From contig JBGCDR010000131.1 in assembly GCA_045105515.1 (NCBI GenBank), positions 12,858-76,857 on the forward strand: a stretch of 64,000 nt of DNA, written 5' to 3'. A model generated the notes under the pieces. The model ran no database searches. It worked only from the letters and a program-made list of their open reading frames with translations, and was not told the origin of the DNA. Shown here in pieces: positions 21,952-32,613 of this stretch (positions within the stretch are counted from its first letter, which is position 1; every line of letters begins with the position of its first letter). The DNA is from Oligoflexales bacterium (lineage in GTDB: Bacteria > Bdellovibrionota_B > Oligoflexia > Oligoflexales > Bog-1112). A program made the translations under genes and the position numbers.

Positions 21952-22671
21952 TCACAAAGTTAGAGTCGCATTGTGATAATTCTTGAATTTCAATGAGTCA
22001 TTTATTAGTAATCGATTGCTTACTTGGTAGAAGAATTTAGGTTGATCACTGTTGAATAATTTCCGTTCAATATCCATTACTTTACTACAAATCGACTGAC
22101 TATCTGAAATGAATAAAACGAGTGGATAAATGTCAGAATTATAATATTTTCTTAAAAAGCCATCATAGCGCTGTTCCATTTTAAGGGTGCATTCATACTC
22201 AATCGGTAACTCAACTGCTTCAGACTGGATAATTGTAGTAACGATTGCATCAGAATTTAGTCTGCATGCTTCATTAGTACCCCATGTCTGGATCTCATTT
22301 TCGGTAGCATAGTGCTTAGTCATATTTGAGTTCAATAAACTATGGCGAATATCTACCAGAGCAATATCATGATGCACCGAATCTGATTTAATTTCGATTC
22401 GTTTTTCATTCCCCTTTCTAACAAAATTCTCAAATGATTTTTTGGTATTGGAGACAATTCTTTTTCCTTTTAGTAGTAAGCGGCTTCTCTGGATATGTAC
22501 CAACCTATTGTCTTCTAATTTTCTGATTCTATTACCAAGGCTTTCTTGAGTAATATCACTGAAGACATCTCTGGTGATCTGCTCATAGGTAGCTGCTTTA
22601 ACAGCATGTAAATATTTGAAGAGCAAAATATCTCTTTCATCGAGGTACATTCCCACAATTTGTTGTTTCAT
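21952..22671 (-). CDS. MOBC-type (replication-relaxation, PD-(D/E)xK) relaxase
   Basis: N-terminal wHTH, HDIALVD, and D-x16-EYECTLKMEQRY matching the MOBC signature D-x6-17-ExE-x3-K-x3-RY; coupled to the FtsK gene. Confidence 0.7.
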   Translation of the reverse strand: MKQQIVGMYLDERDILLFKYLHAVKAATYEQITRDVFSDITQESLGNRIRKLEDNRLVHIQRSRLLLKGKRIVSNTKKSFENFVRKGNEKRIEIKSDSVHHDIALVDIRHSLLNSNMTKHYATENEIQTWGTNEACRLNSDAIVTTIIQSEAVELPIEYECTLKMEQRYDGFLRKYYNSDIYPLVLFISDSQSICSKVMDIERKLFNSDQPKFFYQVSNRLLINDSLKFKNYHNATLTL

Positions 22672-24203
22672 GTGTTCTCCTTAACTGCCCCGTATGCCCT
22701 CTTGTGTTGTTTTGCCACCTTGCTCTTTTCTGCCTCACCCAACATCGGACTAAACAGCTTCTTTTTCTCCTTCGCAAATTGATCTACAATTCCTAGGCAT
22801 CTAGCTTTGATCGTCTTCTCATCAATAAAAGGAGCCTGAACGATCACTTTCTTCGTTCCACAGTTCCAAACCCCTCGACCTGGTATATCAGGGAGGTCAC
22901 ATGCATCCTTTGTTCCCAGGACAATCAAGCTGCCTTGGAGGGAATTCGCCCGAAACGCCATACGTCCTGAAATATTCTCAGACACCGAGGTAGGGATAAC
23001 CTGCCGATCGAGCTTTTGTGTGGCAAGAATCAAATGGATGCTGGCGGCTCGAGACAGCTTAGAGATGGAATCAGCAAGCTGCCTTGCTTCAAGTGCCGAT
23101 TGGTATTCTGGATCATTTCTGGGCCGATTCATATACAGAACAGAGCATTCATCGACACCAACCACGATCCTATCCTTGTGGTCTTTCTCTGGAATGATTT
23201 GCTTACGGCTCTTGGCCTCCAGATACCTAAATCTGTCTTTCATCTCCTTTTCCACTCGCCTCAAAACCACCAAGGCATCGTCCATGGTCTTTACTACCTT
23301 GACGTTGGGACATTTCACAAAGTCGATCATCTCTACGCCGCCTTTGAGATCAATCAGATACATTTGCAAATGTGGTGATGATTCCAAGAGCCCCATAATA
23401 ATTTGCTTAAATTGAACCGATTTACCACTGCCTGTGGTGCCTGCAATGATCATGTGGGGCAATTCATCGATGCGCTGTGTAACGACTCCTTCACCCGACA
23501 TTCCAAGGAAGAATCCCTCCTTTGGCAAGACATGAGATGCAACAAGGTCCGTGTATTTTACTTTCTCTGGAAATTTCATCGTACTAAAGGTTACAACGAT
23601 CTGCCCTTGGTGCCTGCCATGTTTGATGGATTCGACATTTGTTCTAAAGAACGACTCCAAATGGCTCTTCTTATCGTTGAAGTTTTCGAGACTGACGCCA
23701 TTTGCATCAAAAATATAGCTCTTGCGATGTTTGTCATGCCTTTCGATACGAATCAGTTTTGGTGTGTCTTTCCTACCGTTCTGTATCCCAATCATTTCGA
23801 AAAGCTTCTGGTACTTCGTTCTCGTAGCTCTTGCCCACCCCCCTAAAACAAGAACTAACGGGCTGAAGAACATAAGGAACAGCACAATCCAGTGATACAA
23901 GATGGCAATTTCATACATCCACCCGAGGCGCTCCATTGTGATAAGATTTGGCTCTAATTCATGAATCCAAACGATATGGATGCCATTTGCTGCTAGATAA
24001 AAACTGTAATAAAGCAAAGCTATAAGGCTACCCCAGGAGAATGGGAACCACCTAGAGATGAGAGATTTTAGAAAAACCCACGTACCTATACTCGATACAA
24101 CAATGAATTCTTGTAGGAACTCATTGACTGCAATTGTTAGTGCATCAGGCTGAGACCCTGATTTGTTTTGAAACTTGTCTTTGCTATTAGGATATTTGTC
24201 CAT
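22668..24203 (-). CDS. FtsK/SpoIIIE-type ATPase, probable coupling protein
   Basis: N-terminal TMs; PHMIIAGTTGSGKS, IDLKGG, VVGVDE, RAASIHLILATQ, PGRG. Confidence 0.85.
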   Translation of the reverse strand: MDKYPNSKDKFQNKSGSQPDALTIAVNEFLQEFIVVSSIGTWVFLKSLISRWFPFSWGSLIALLYYSFYLAANGIHIVWIHELEPNLITMERLGWMYEIAILYHWIVLFLMFFSPLVLVLGGWARATRTKYQKLFEMIGIQNGRKDTPKLIRIERHDKHRKSYIFDANGVSLENFNDKKSHLESFFRTNVESIKHGRHQGQIVVTFSTMKFPEKVKYTDLVASHVLPKEGFFLGMSGEGVVTQRIDELPHMIIAGTTGSGKSVQFKQIIMGLLESSPHLQMYLIDLKGGVEMIDFVKCPNVKVVKTMDDALVVLRRVEKEMKDRFRYLEAKSRKQIIPEKDHKDRIVVGVDECSVLYMNRPRNDPEYQSALEARQLADSISKLSRAASIHLILATQKLDRQVIPTSVSENISGRMAFRANSLQGSLIVLGTKDACDLPDIPGRGVWNCGTKKVIVQAPFIDEKTIKARCLGIVDQFAKEKKKLFSPMLGEAEKSKVAKQHKRAYGAVKENT

Positions 24204-24212
24204 ACATCACAC

Positions 24213-25739
24213 CTACACCTTTCTTGCTATAGCTGAAGCTGCTCCAGAGCTACCACCTGTAGCTGCCCCAACTCCAATATCTTTGGCATCAGTAACTACT
24301 TGAGGCGCTTGTTCAGTTTGTGAATCAGTTAAGAATGAAGAGAAAAGACCGTAGCCGAGGATCAGTGTTGGGAGTGGACCTACAAGAATTTGTAGCCAAG
24401 AGTAGAGCGCATAGAATTGATAGAGCTTTGCAGTCACAAAACTAGCTGAATACAATGAAATTCCATCAGATACCTCTCCCCATTCCATCATAAGGTCATT
24501 TGAAACGGCAATACTGGTCATTAAATGGTAAAGTAGGGTCCAAATTGGAGTCCACAAAAGGACGGAGACATACAAAGCAAACCAAGCAATGATCACCTTC
24601 CAGCGGCCTGCTATGACAAAGAATATGAGCCAAGGGAACAGAAAGATAAGAAACATCTTTACCATTCCTTTGAGATGAGGGGCTCTTTGAAGATACTCGG
24701 AGAATTTCTCGGCTCGCTCTGCGGTTAATGCAGCGCCAACTTGATCCCTTTGCCCCAATGTGGACAGAAAACCATCCCACGACCAAAAGCGACTCCAACC
24801 GTGGATAATTTTGGCCAACGTACCTCGGACCTCAGAACCTTTTTGAATGCCTAGACTATCCTCAGTCTGTGCTAGGTAATGGTTTACTAGAGCATTTGAG
24901 GCGATGAGATTACGCTCATCGGTCTCAGTGATCTCGGTACGTCTGATGGAATATTTCCCTGAATAGTTTCGATAGAACTTAGCTCCTTTCCTCTCTGCAT
25001 AGGACCAAAGGTCTGAACGCACCAAATTTTTCAGGGTGAGGCAATTAATCTTGCTTCCATCGTCCAGAGTGATGGGGATGTGCTTCAATTCCTGATCGAT
25101 TACACCGTTAAGGCCAAAAAACTCGTCAATTTTATCTTTTCTAGCTGACATTCCAAGCATGGGAAGAATCTTGTCAAAGCAGCTATCTGTATAAACATCA
25201 ATTTTGTCTCTTAGAGCAGGGTCTTCAATGGTTTGAGAACCTGCGTAAAGAATAGCTTTGTAGAATGCGCTTGGAGCCTCTAACTGGGAATTAGTGGTGG
25301 CAAACAGCCTGTCTACGATTTTGCTACCAAACGCTGATATCTCCTCTGCTGATCGGGTAAGTAGGTCAAAGATAAAACTAACCTTGTAGGTTTCCTGGAT
25401 GGGGTTATAACGGGATGATATGTAGCTGTTATTGTGCCAGGAGTTACGATTGTAGTCTTTGACGCTAGTTTGGCTATTTACCCGCAAAAGAGAAACACCG
25501 ATCAGAAAGCACGCAATAACCTTTATAAAAAAACTGATTCCAACTGTCCTGCCGCCACGAAACCCAAAGGGCATGTATTTGGAAAAGTAGCGCCATGTTC
25601 CTACTAGGAAAGTTGCACCAAGGATCAGCAGTAACAGACCCAATAATATAGATTCTGAAGTGATAATTTCAATGGATGCCTGATGTAGGTACATTCCTAT
25701 GTAGGTGTAGTATGCTTCATAGGCAGTTGTGCTAAACAT
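24213..25739 (-). CDS. traG: TraG N-terminal-like mating-pair stabilisation membrane protein
   Basis: Multi-TM protein with periplasmic Cys pair, downstream of the traH-like gene; AYEAYYTYIG N-terminus. Confidence 0.6.
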   Translation of the reverse strand: MFSTTAYEAYYTYIGMYLHQASIEIITSESILLGLLLLILGATFLVGTWRYFSKYMPFGFRGGRTVGISFFIKVIACFLIGVSLLRVNSQTSVKDYNRNSWHNNSYISSRYNPIQETYKVSFIFDLLTRSAEEISAFGSKIVDRLFATTNSQLEAPSAFYKAILYAGSQTIEDPALRDKIDVYTDSCFDKILPMLGMSARKDKIDEFFGLNGVIDQELKHIPITLDDGSKINCLTLKNLVRSDLWSYAERKGAKFYRNYSGKYSIRRTEITETDERNLIASNALVNHYLAQTEDSLGIQKGSEVRGTLAKIIHGWSRFWSWDGFLSTLGQRDQVGAALTAERAEKFSEYLQRAPHLKGMVKMFLIFLFPWLIFFVIAGRWKVIIAWFALYVSVLLWTPIWTLLYHLMTSIAVSNDLMMEWGEVSDGISLYSASFVTAKLYQFYALYSWLQILVGPLPTLILGYGLFSSFLTDSQTEQAPQVVTDAKDIGVGAATGGSSGAASAIARKV

Positions 25740-25747
25740 AATGCCTC

Positions 25748-27049
25748 CTATTGACTGCAACCAATCCCGTCGCCACAATCCATGAAGATGCTATCAACAT
25801 GACGATTGCTCCTTTGGTCTTGACCGGTGTTCAATTCACGTTTGGAGGCAATTTTGCGATATTTTGCCCCCTCTTTGTTGATTTGATATAGGACTTTGTT
25901 TAAGGGTGTTCGACTTTGATTTTCAATAGAGAGAGTCAGCTCGATCTGATCCTTGAATGCCTGACGTTTACGGGCTACATGAGCTTGCTTTTTTGTGGGT
26001 AAGTGGGGGTTGGTTCCGATTTTCCCAGCAATAAAGTCAAGAGTTTTGCTCATATCTTCGTTAAAATTTCCAAGAGCAAGAGCTTCTGATAGTTTGCGGC
26101 AGGCTACTCGTCTTTTTTTGTAAGGAAGGTAGCTTAGGGAAAGAAGTGTTTGTCTGTCTAAAGTGACTCGATTGCCACCGCTAACATCTTTTAAATCTCG
26201 ATTGGATACTACACTGTAGATATTGGCTCTGGGACCACCTTCATTGATTAATTTAGGTAAAAGTCTTTGACACAGGGTTTCATATTTGCTTTCTTTAACC
26301 TCCATCAGGTAAGTGCGTGGACTAAATTGGATTCGACGAGGACCATAGTCTACCGATACATTACCCCTTTTAACAATGTCATCACCGATAAAGGCTTTAG
26401 TTAGGTTGACGATTCGCTTGGCTTCTTTTCCTGTAAAACCTGCCCATTTCGCAGTGGATTCGATGATCCGATTGTCGTCTTTCTTCTTACCAGTACCAGC
26501 CCAGTCTGTTATGTTGTAACTCCCATAGTTGCCGCAACTCTCCATGGATTTCTCAAAGTTGCCACCTGTTCGACTAATTGAATTACGAACACATTTAGAG
26601 CGTTCCTCATAGAAATCGGAAACCCTTCCGTCGACATATTTGTTGATGGCCTTACACTGATTGAGGCGCAATTGTGCTAAGAAATTTGCCCTAAGTCTGA
26701 ACTGCTTGAGGATGGCACACCACGTCGGACTCATATAGCAAGTCAGCAGCATGGGAGACGAAGCAATGATGTTTCGACCAAGAGCACCGAGATACTTTGT
26801 ATCCAAAATGTTTTTTAGTGCTGCCCGCATCGTATTGCGAACATCAATGCGTCCACAATCTGATGCTATACCAATATCAACTTCCAGGCTGACGGTTCGG
26901 TAACGATCAAAGACCGTGTCTTCTAACTCACCAAATGAGCCTAATAGGTAGTCCTCAGGTTCAAGTCGATTGGTGGAACGGTAGTCGATATTCCCGGCGA
27001 AGATGCTGCTGGGAATGAGGAGCACAAGAAAGACAAAAATTCTCCCCAT
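25748..27049 (-). CDS. TraH-like periplasmic Cys-rich conjugation protein
   Basis: Signal peptide, DCGRID, multiple Cys; positioned before traG. Confidence 0.5.
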   Translation of the reverse strand: MGRIFVFLVLLIPSSIFAGNIDYRSTNRLEPEDYLLGSFGELEDTVFDRYRTVSLEVDIGIASDCGRIDVRNTMRAALKNILDTKYLGALGRNIIASSPMLLTCYMSPTWCAILKQFRLRANFLAQLRLNQCKAINKYVDGRVSDFYEERSKCVRNSISRTGGNFEKSMESCGNYGSYNITDWAGTGKKKDDNRIIESTAKWAGFTGKEAKRIVNLTKAFIGDDIVKRGNVSVDYGPRRIQFSPRTYLMEVKESKYETLCQRLLPKLINEGGPRANIYSVVSNRDLKDVSGGNRVTLDRQTLLSLSYLPYKKRRVACRKLSEALALGNFNEDMSKTLDFIAGKIGTNPHLPTKKQAHVARKRQAFKDQIELTLSIENQSRTPLNKVLYQINKEGAKYRKIASKRELNTGQDQRSNRHVDSIFMDCGDGIGCSQ

Positions 27050-27927
27050 ATTTACCTCCTATAATTTGAATGTTGTTGTTTTTCGGTTGTGTAGGATGTC
27101 CCGTAGAGCGTGTTCGAGTTATTGTTTAGATGTTAAGAATCTGTTGTAGCGGCTTCTAGGGGATGGTCTTTTTGTAGCCAGGAGTTTTGTCGGTTTTGAC
27201 CATGAACCAGGCAATTGGCTGAGATCCAGGGCCTAGTAGCTTCTTTTTGGTCAGGTTATTATGAAAAATTTGACTAAGGGGTTGGAGTAAAAATTTGAGT
27301 ATATATTTTTTTTGCAGCATCTTTCATTGAAATCTTGTCTGTATTAATGGTTATGTCGACATCGTCGCTACCAGGTAATGGAAATTCCTCCAAAACTCCC
27401 CGAGCAAGGCCTATAAACTCTCCACCTCTTTTCTTCTCTCTTTCCTGAGCGACTTTTAAAGAACAGTCAATGAGCACGGTGGTTACTTTTCCTCTGTTGA
27501 TCTCCTGAATTCCATTCTTCAGCTCCAGATTGCTTACAACACCTTCAATTATTACTCCAATTTCATCATTTACAATTATATTTGCGGTAGGAAATACCTT
27601 TGCTCTAACATATGCAGTATGGCGGCCGATTATGGGGGTTATTTTCGGACCATTTTTATCATTCGTTTTATGAAACATGAGGCCTTCTTTCTTATCACCT
27701 CTACTGGTCCATTGCGTTGGAAGGATGTCGTTAAACCCATCCACAGACAATAGGACATAAGGCCGATTTTTATTCGCCAATAACGACTGTAAGGATCTGG
27801 CGGTTGATGACTTCCCGCAACTGCTATTTCCTAGAATGATGATAATTTTTTCGGAACTCTCCAGGTTCAGTGTTTTTGTGAACGTACAAGAGTACAAAAG
27901 TATTAGTGGTAAGAACCAGATTATATT

Positions 27928-29595
27928 GTCGCTGGTGCGTAATATAAAATATTTTAAATAGATAAACGTGGATCGCGGAGATTTTGTAATGGCTACAAAT
28001 AGGGGTTTTTAAAAAAAGTACTTAATTAAATTCAAATATTGTGCTGCATCTATAGAGATGGAAAATAACATAAAGCACCAAAATTATGAGTATCTCTCGT
28101 CTAGGTTTAAACGACAAGACCGAAACTTCTGCAATAACAATTTTTCCCAGCAGCAATCATCCTCTGATCAAGATAGCGCAGATTATTCCTTGGGGGGAGA
28201 TGGGAGAAATCGTTATTGCAGATCTAAAAAAGACTACCAAAAAAGGTTTTTAAACCTTGGCAACAAGCTCTACCTACGGGTTCATTTAGCCCTTTACCTT
28301 TTGCAGAAGATGACCGACAAAACCGATCGAGCACTCGAATGGGAAGTCAACGACAATGCAGTTTATCAAATATTTTGTGGATTAAATGTAACCCCCTTAA
28401 AACGGTGTCCCGATCATACGAATATCCAAAGATTTCGCTCTCGATTAAGTCCAGAAATTCAAAGAAAATTAGCCAACATGCTTCCCAAAGTTGCCACGGA
28501 ACTTGGGTTTGCAGATCCTTCAAAAGCAGATTTCGACTCAACAATACAAGAGCCAAACATGGCATATCCATCAGATGCGAATATGTTAATGCAACTTGCT
28601 GGCCATGCCCACAAATTTGCAGAATATTTCAAAAATCATATGCCAATAACCAAGAAAGTAATCAATCCTATCTTGATAAACATCAAGAAAGTAAAAGGAA
28701 AATTGAAGGAATACCTTTTTATAGCCAAGAAGAAGTCCGAAGAAAAAAAAGAAAAGTTAAAAGAGTTTATAGAGCTTGCGAGTCAAGAAATCAGCAAGGT
28801 TTCTCAAGTGCATCTAACCGAGAAATGTATGGAGCGCATGCCGCAGGGGGTTTCTCAGTCCTTCAGAAAGGTGAAAGAGCTCTCAAAAAAAATGTTCGAA
28901 CAAGCTCATTATTACTTGGAGCACGGAAAAGCCTGCAAAGACCGACTATATTCGCTACATGCAATAGCAGTTACTTGTTTCAACAAGAACAAACTCGGGA
29001 AAAAATGGCAATTTGGTCGAGCATTTCAATTGGCTCGAGTAAAGGGAAATTTTATGTTTGTAGGCAAATGTACGAATGTACTCATGACAGACAAAAGCTC
29101 TGTAATTCCAATGATAGAGGAGCATCAACGTCTTTTTGGAAAAAATCGACTCGAATCCGCCTCATGGGACAAAGGATATTTCAAGGGTACAAACAAGAAA
29201 TTTTTAGACAATTTAGAGTCCTTAAAGGACTTTGCATTACAGAAGCCTGGACAAGCTATAGAAGCTATAGATCAAAAGAAACAAGAGGCATACCTCCACC
29301 TAGTCAATCGACGATCTGGAGTGGAACCTTGTATCGGGCATGTGAAAAATGGAGGGCAATTAAAACGAAGCAGAATGAAATCCGACAAAACAACTCTCGC
29401 AGCTGGATATGGGGCTGTTACGGGATACAATCTCCGTATGTTAATCCGTCATCAGTTAGGAAAAAAAATCAGTTCAATGTAGAAAGTGACGAGATAGAAA
29501 AACATTCAGAATTAAAAAAGTGGAAAAGAAGGAGTTAAAATGAAAAGACCTTAGAAGTACTGATAATAATGGGTTTTATATTACGCACCAGCGAC
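27928..29595 (+). mobile_element. IS5-family-like insertion sequence, 1668 bp
   Basis: Perfect 22-bp terminal IR GTCGCTGGTGCGTAATATAAAA; 6-bp TSD TATATT (27922-27927, 29596-29601). Confidence 0.93.
28086..29482 (+). CDS. DDE transposase needing a -1 frameshift near 28226-28253
   Basis: N-terminus NHPLIKIAQIIPW in one frame; DSTIQE, DKGY, RRSGVEPCIGHVK in the -1 frame. Confidence 0.85.
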
Positions 29596-29681
29596 TATAT
29601 TAGGATGGTTGTGTCTCATGAAACGGTCCTTTCAGTCATTTACCTACAGCTCCACAAGATGCTTTGTTCAGATTGAGTATA

Positions 29682-32246
29682 TCAGTTGGATTCTTTTTCT
29701 GAAAGAACAAGGAATTGCAAAGCATCCCATTTATTAGGATGCTTTTTGAAAGCTTCCAATACTGCCATCGTGTCCGGTGCATTTGAGGGACTCATCCAGC
29801 GATCGTACTTGGTTTGCCTGTAGCGAAATGCTCCCTGTTTGGTCTTGCTCTTGTTCATGTAATAGATGTCGGCATACTGACCCTTCTTTGTCCTGAGGGA
29901 GCGGATGATTTCCTTGTTGGCTCCATCGAGCAAAGATGATTTTTCAGAAATGTAGTCCACATTGTCAGAACTCATTTGCATAAACACAAAGTTATCTGCA
30001 ACGCCCCAAAAAGCCTTTCCAACCTCAAGATCGAAGTAATTTTGTGGTCTAGGTGTTAACGTGATCAACCAACATCCGCGTTTACGCATGGTCTCTGCAA
30101 AATCGATCGCGAAGTCGCGAAAAGCTGGATTATTACGCCCAAGCATGGCGAATTCTTCCATCACAAGAATACCTTGTCTCCCCTGATTCTGCGGCAGGCT
30201 CAAAATGCATCGGATTTCTTCGATAACAGCCATGGTCATTAGAGTTTGTAGGGTTGGATCGTTGTCCAAGGCATCGAGGTCATAGACATAGAACAGGGTT
30301 TGTTTATCCAGACTTTCCGATTTTCCAAGAGTAAAAAATGATGCATAGGTGCCATCACCGTAAAAGGGTTTTAGCTTTGAAACAAGGGTTTCAATAAGTT
30401 CTTTATCTCGACTATTTTTTCCTTGTACTAAACTCCCAAGTTCCACTACAAAATCATTCATATCGATGGCCACTGGCTGGTTATTCTTTTGTTTGACGAA
30501 CTCCCCGTCCACAAATTCAAGGCCATGCCTATCAAATTTCTTGAGGTAGGCAATTTTCAGTGCTTTATTAATCAAGGTCTGATGCTCACTTTCCACTGCG
30601 AAACTTGGAGAAGTGAGTTTGAGAGCCATGGTGATCATTTTTGTTAGGAAAGCGATCTTTTCTTCGTTGTAGATCCCTCTAAAAGGTGAAAATGGAATCT
30701 GTTGATCTCTTTTAAATATCGTCAAATCACCGTCGTAGTATTGGCTCAACATTCCATAGGAAGATTTTTTATCAATGATAAATACAATGGGTTCAGGATC
30801 AATCTTCTTGATGGATTGTAGCCAATCTACCACAAAGGCGGATTTACCAGATCCAGTATCAGCAAGGATCACCGTGTGGTTAGATGTTTCATTTTCCAGA
30901 AGAGAAAAGGGTATGAGGTTGTTTTCTCTTGAAAGATGAATTCCAATTGGTTGTTGAAACCCTCTAAAGGAATCGAAGAGAGGAATAAAGTTAGCACAAT
31001 CCGATCTTAGGATTCGAATGGCTCTACGAGTAGAAAAATCAGCGTCAGGTGTATAGTTTAGGGGCAAAGCATTGGCCCACAAACCTAAGCCGATATCTGT
31101 TTCCTCAATGATTTCACATTCAAGATGATTGTGAAAAATGTGGCAAATCTTGCGGGTTTTGTCCTCCAATTTTTCATCGGTTTCACCATCGACGATAATG
31201 CAAAAGGTCATGTGTAAAACTCGATCATCCCGAGCAAGCCTTTCTTGAACGTTTCTTATTTCCTCCTTTTGAACCTTTGCCTTCGGTGTTGCGGCATTCT
31301 CAAGAAAAAATTCTTTCGTTCCAAGAAATTTTTTTACGCTTTGAGGGCTAGGGAATGAAATATTGATGGCAATACGGAATGGAAAATCAAGACCTACAAA
31401 ATAGGCCATACCACCAGGATAAGCGTAAGAAGGAGATGTTTTTAGGCTGAGAACCCGTGATCTAATGCCTTCAGTTTCAATTCCTTGATATTCTAGCTTT
31501 GGCGTGCTGAAAATGAGTTGTTCTGATATGGGGAGATTTTTATTGAGTGGGGCAAAACTCCTTTTAAAGCAAGATTTAGGATTAAAAAACCGTCTTAAAT
31601 TGTGAACCAAGGCTTCATCATCCAAGGTGCTAATCGATAGCTCAGAGTTTTCTTGAAAATCCTTGAGTAAATGATTGAAGCTGTCCAGTTCTGCTCGTAA
31701 TCTTTCGGTCTCCTTCTTCAAGAGCTTATGGTCATCACTAAGATCCTTTAACTTGATAGAAGTGCCTTTCTGCAAGAAATATCGAACTGATACTAGCAAG
31801 TTGCGCTTGAGCGGGCTTGTAGGAGAAGAGCTAGAGCAAGCTTCCATCAAGAGTTTTGATTTTTCCCCATACAGCAGTTTTGATACTGGATGAGATTTTT
31901 TAAAGCTAGTATCCAGTCCGGCAATTTCAGGATCAAGAGGCGAATAGTAGGAGCAATCGTAGAGAATCTGTAACGCACAGTTTTCTCGCAATGAAAACCA
32001 GTTCTTGATGGAATCAACCGCTCTAATGATCTGTTTTTCTGTCATGGGCTCATGTTCAAGAAGCTTAATTTTAAAAACAGCACCTAAGGAACCGTCTTTC
32101 ATTTGAAAAATCTTATATGCTGGAAGGTAGTCTTCATATGGAAGCAGAGCTCCAAGGGATTCAGGCCGTTCAAATAGCCCCTTGGTAAAACTTTCACGTT
32201 TGTTGAGCGCAGCCTCGATTTCTTTTGGTAGGCTTGTTTTAGTCAT
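29682..32246 (-). CDS. traC: VirB4/TraC conjugative ATPase
   Basis: ADTGSGKS Walker A, IIDKKSSY, VMEEF Walker B, MRKRG. Confidence 0.9.
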   Translation of the reverse strand: MTKTSLPKEIEAALNKRESFTKGLFERPESLGALLPYEDYLPAYKIFQMKDGSLGAVFKIKLLEHEPMTEKQIIRAVDSIKNWFSLRENCALQILYDCSYYSPLDPEIAGLDTSFKKSHPVSKLLYGEKSKLLMEACSSSSPTSPLKRNLLVSVRYFLQKGTSIKLKDLSDDHKLLKKETERLRAELDSFNHLLKDFQENSELSISTLDDEALVHNLRRFFNPKSCFKRSFAPLNKNLPISEQLIFSTPKLEYQGIETEGIRSRVLSLKTSPSYAYPGGMAYFVGLDFPFRIAINISFPSPQSVKKFLGTKEFFLENAATPKAKVQKEEIRNVQERLARDDRVLHMTFCIIVDGETDEKLEDKTRKICHIFHNHLECEIIEETDIGLGLWANALPLNYTPDADFSTRRAIRILRSDCANFIPLFDSFRGFQQPIGIHLSRENNLIPFSLLENETSNHTVILADTGSGKSAFVVDWLQSIKKIDPEPIVFIIDKKSSYGMLSQYYDGDLTIFKRDQQIPFSPFRGIYNEEKIAFLTKMITMALKLTSPSFAVESEHQTLINKALKIAYLKKFDRHGLEFVDGEFVKQKNNQPVAIDMNDFVVELGSLVQGKNSRDKELIETLVSKLKPFYGDGTYASFFTLGKSESLDKQTLFYVYDLDALDNDPTLQTLMTMAVIEEIRCILSLPQNQGRQGILVMEEFAMLGRNNPAFRDFAIDFAETMRKRGCWLITLTPRPQNYFDLEVGKAFWGVADNFVFMQMSSDNVDYISEKSSLLDGANKEIIRSLRTKKGQYADIYYMNKSKTKQGAFRYRQTKYDRWMSPSNAPDTMAVLEAFKKHPNKWDALQFLVLSEKESN

Positions 32247-32604
32247 GCCTACCTCCATGGATATGCCCTGGTGCTTTTTTCTTTCTGGGCTTTTTGATGA
32301 CGAGAGGCTTTAGTTTTTCAGCTACTTGCCAGTGTGACCTTGTTACAACGGTTCGAACCCATCCACCGCGAAAATAATCACCATTGGGTAGCTCATGGGG
32401 GTGCACCCAGATATCAGCGATATGAGGCTTAGTCCTAACAGGCACCAACAAGGGGTGGTCCACCTCATCAAGAGCCTCTTTGATTTGACCTACATTGTCG
32501 TAGTCTGATCGCTTTTCAAGAAGGTTAAGGCTGGGCGCTCTGTTCATCGCGCATGAGTTTAGAGCTAGGATTGCTGTGCATCCTAGTAGCTTGAAGTGAA
32601 TCAT
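32239..32604 (-). CDS. traV: TraV lipoprotein
   Basis: Lipobox LNSC; PVRT...DIWVHPHE...GDY...W pattern. Confidence 0.8.
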   Translation of the reverse strand: MIHFKLLGCTAILALNSCAMNRAPSLNLLEKRSDYDNVGQIKEALDEVDHPLLVPVRTKPHIADIWVHPHELPNGDYFRGGWVRTVVTRSHWQVAEKLKPLVIKKPRKKKAPGHIHGGRHD

Positions 32605-32613
32605 CGGTGACCC

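Larger units (their letters stand above)
27274..29619 (-). pseudogene. Chloramphenicol-phosphotransferase-like P-loop kinase lipoprotein interrupted by an IS
   Basis: GNSSCGKSS, LSVDGF, REKKRGGEFIGLA; removing the IS and one TATATT restores MRHNHPNIIWFLPLILLYSC... from ATG 29619. Confidence 0.75.

Noticed and set aside
28339..29538. 399-aa ORF overlapping the transposase in another frame
   Set aside because: No domain motifs and R/K/S-rich composition typical of an off-frame product; its length is notable but function is unsupported
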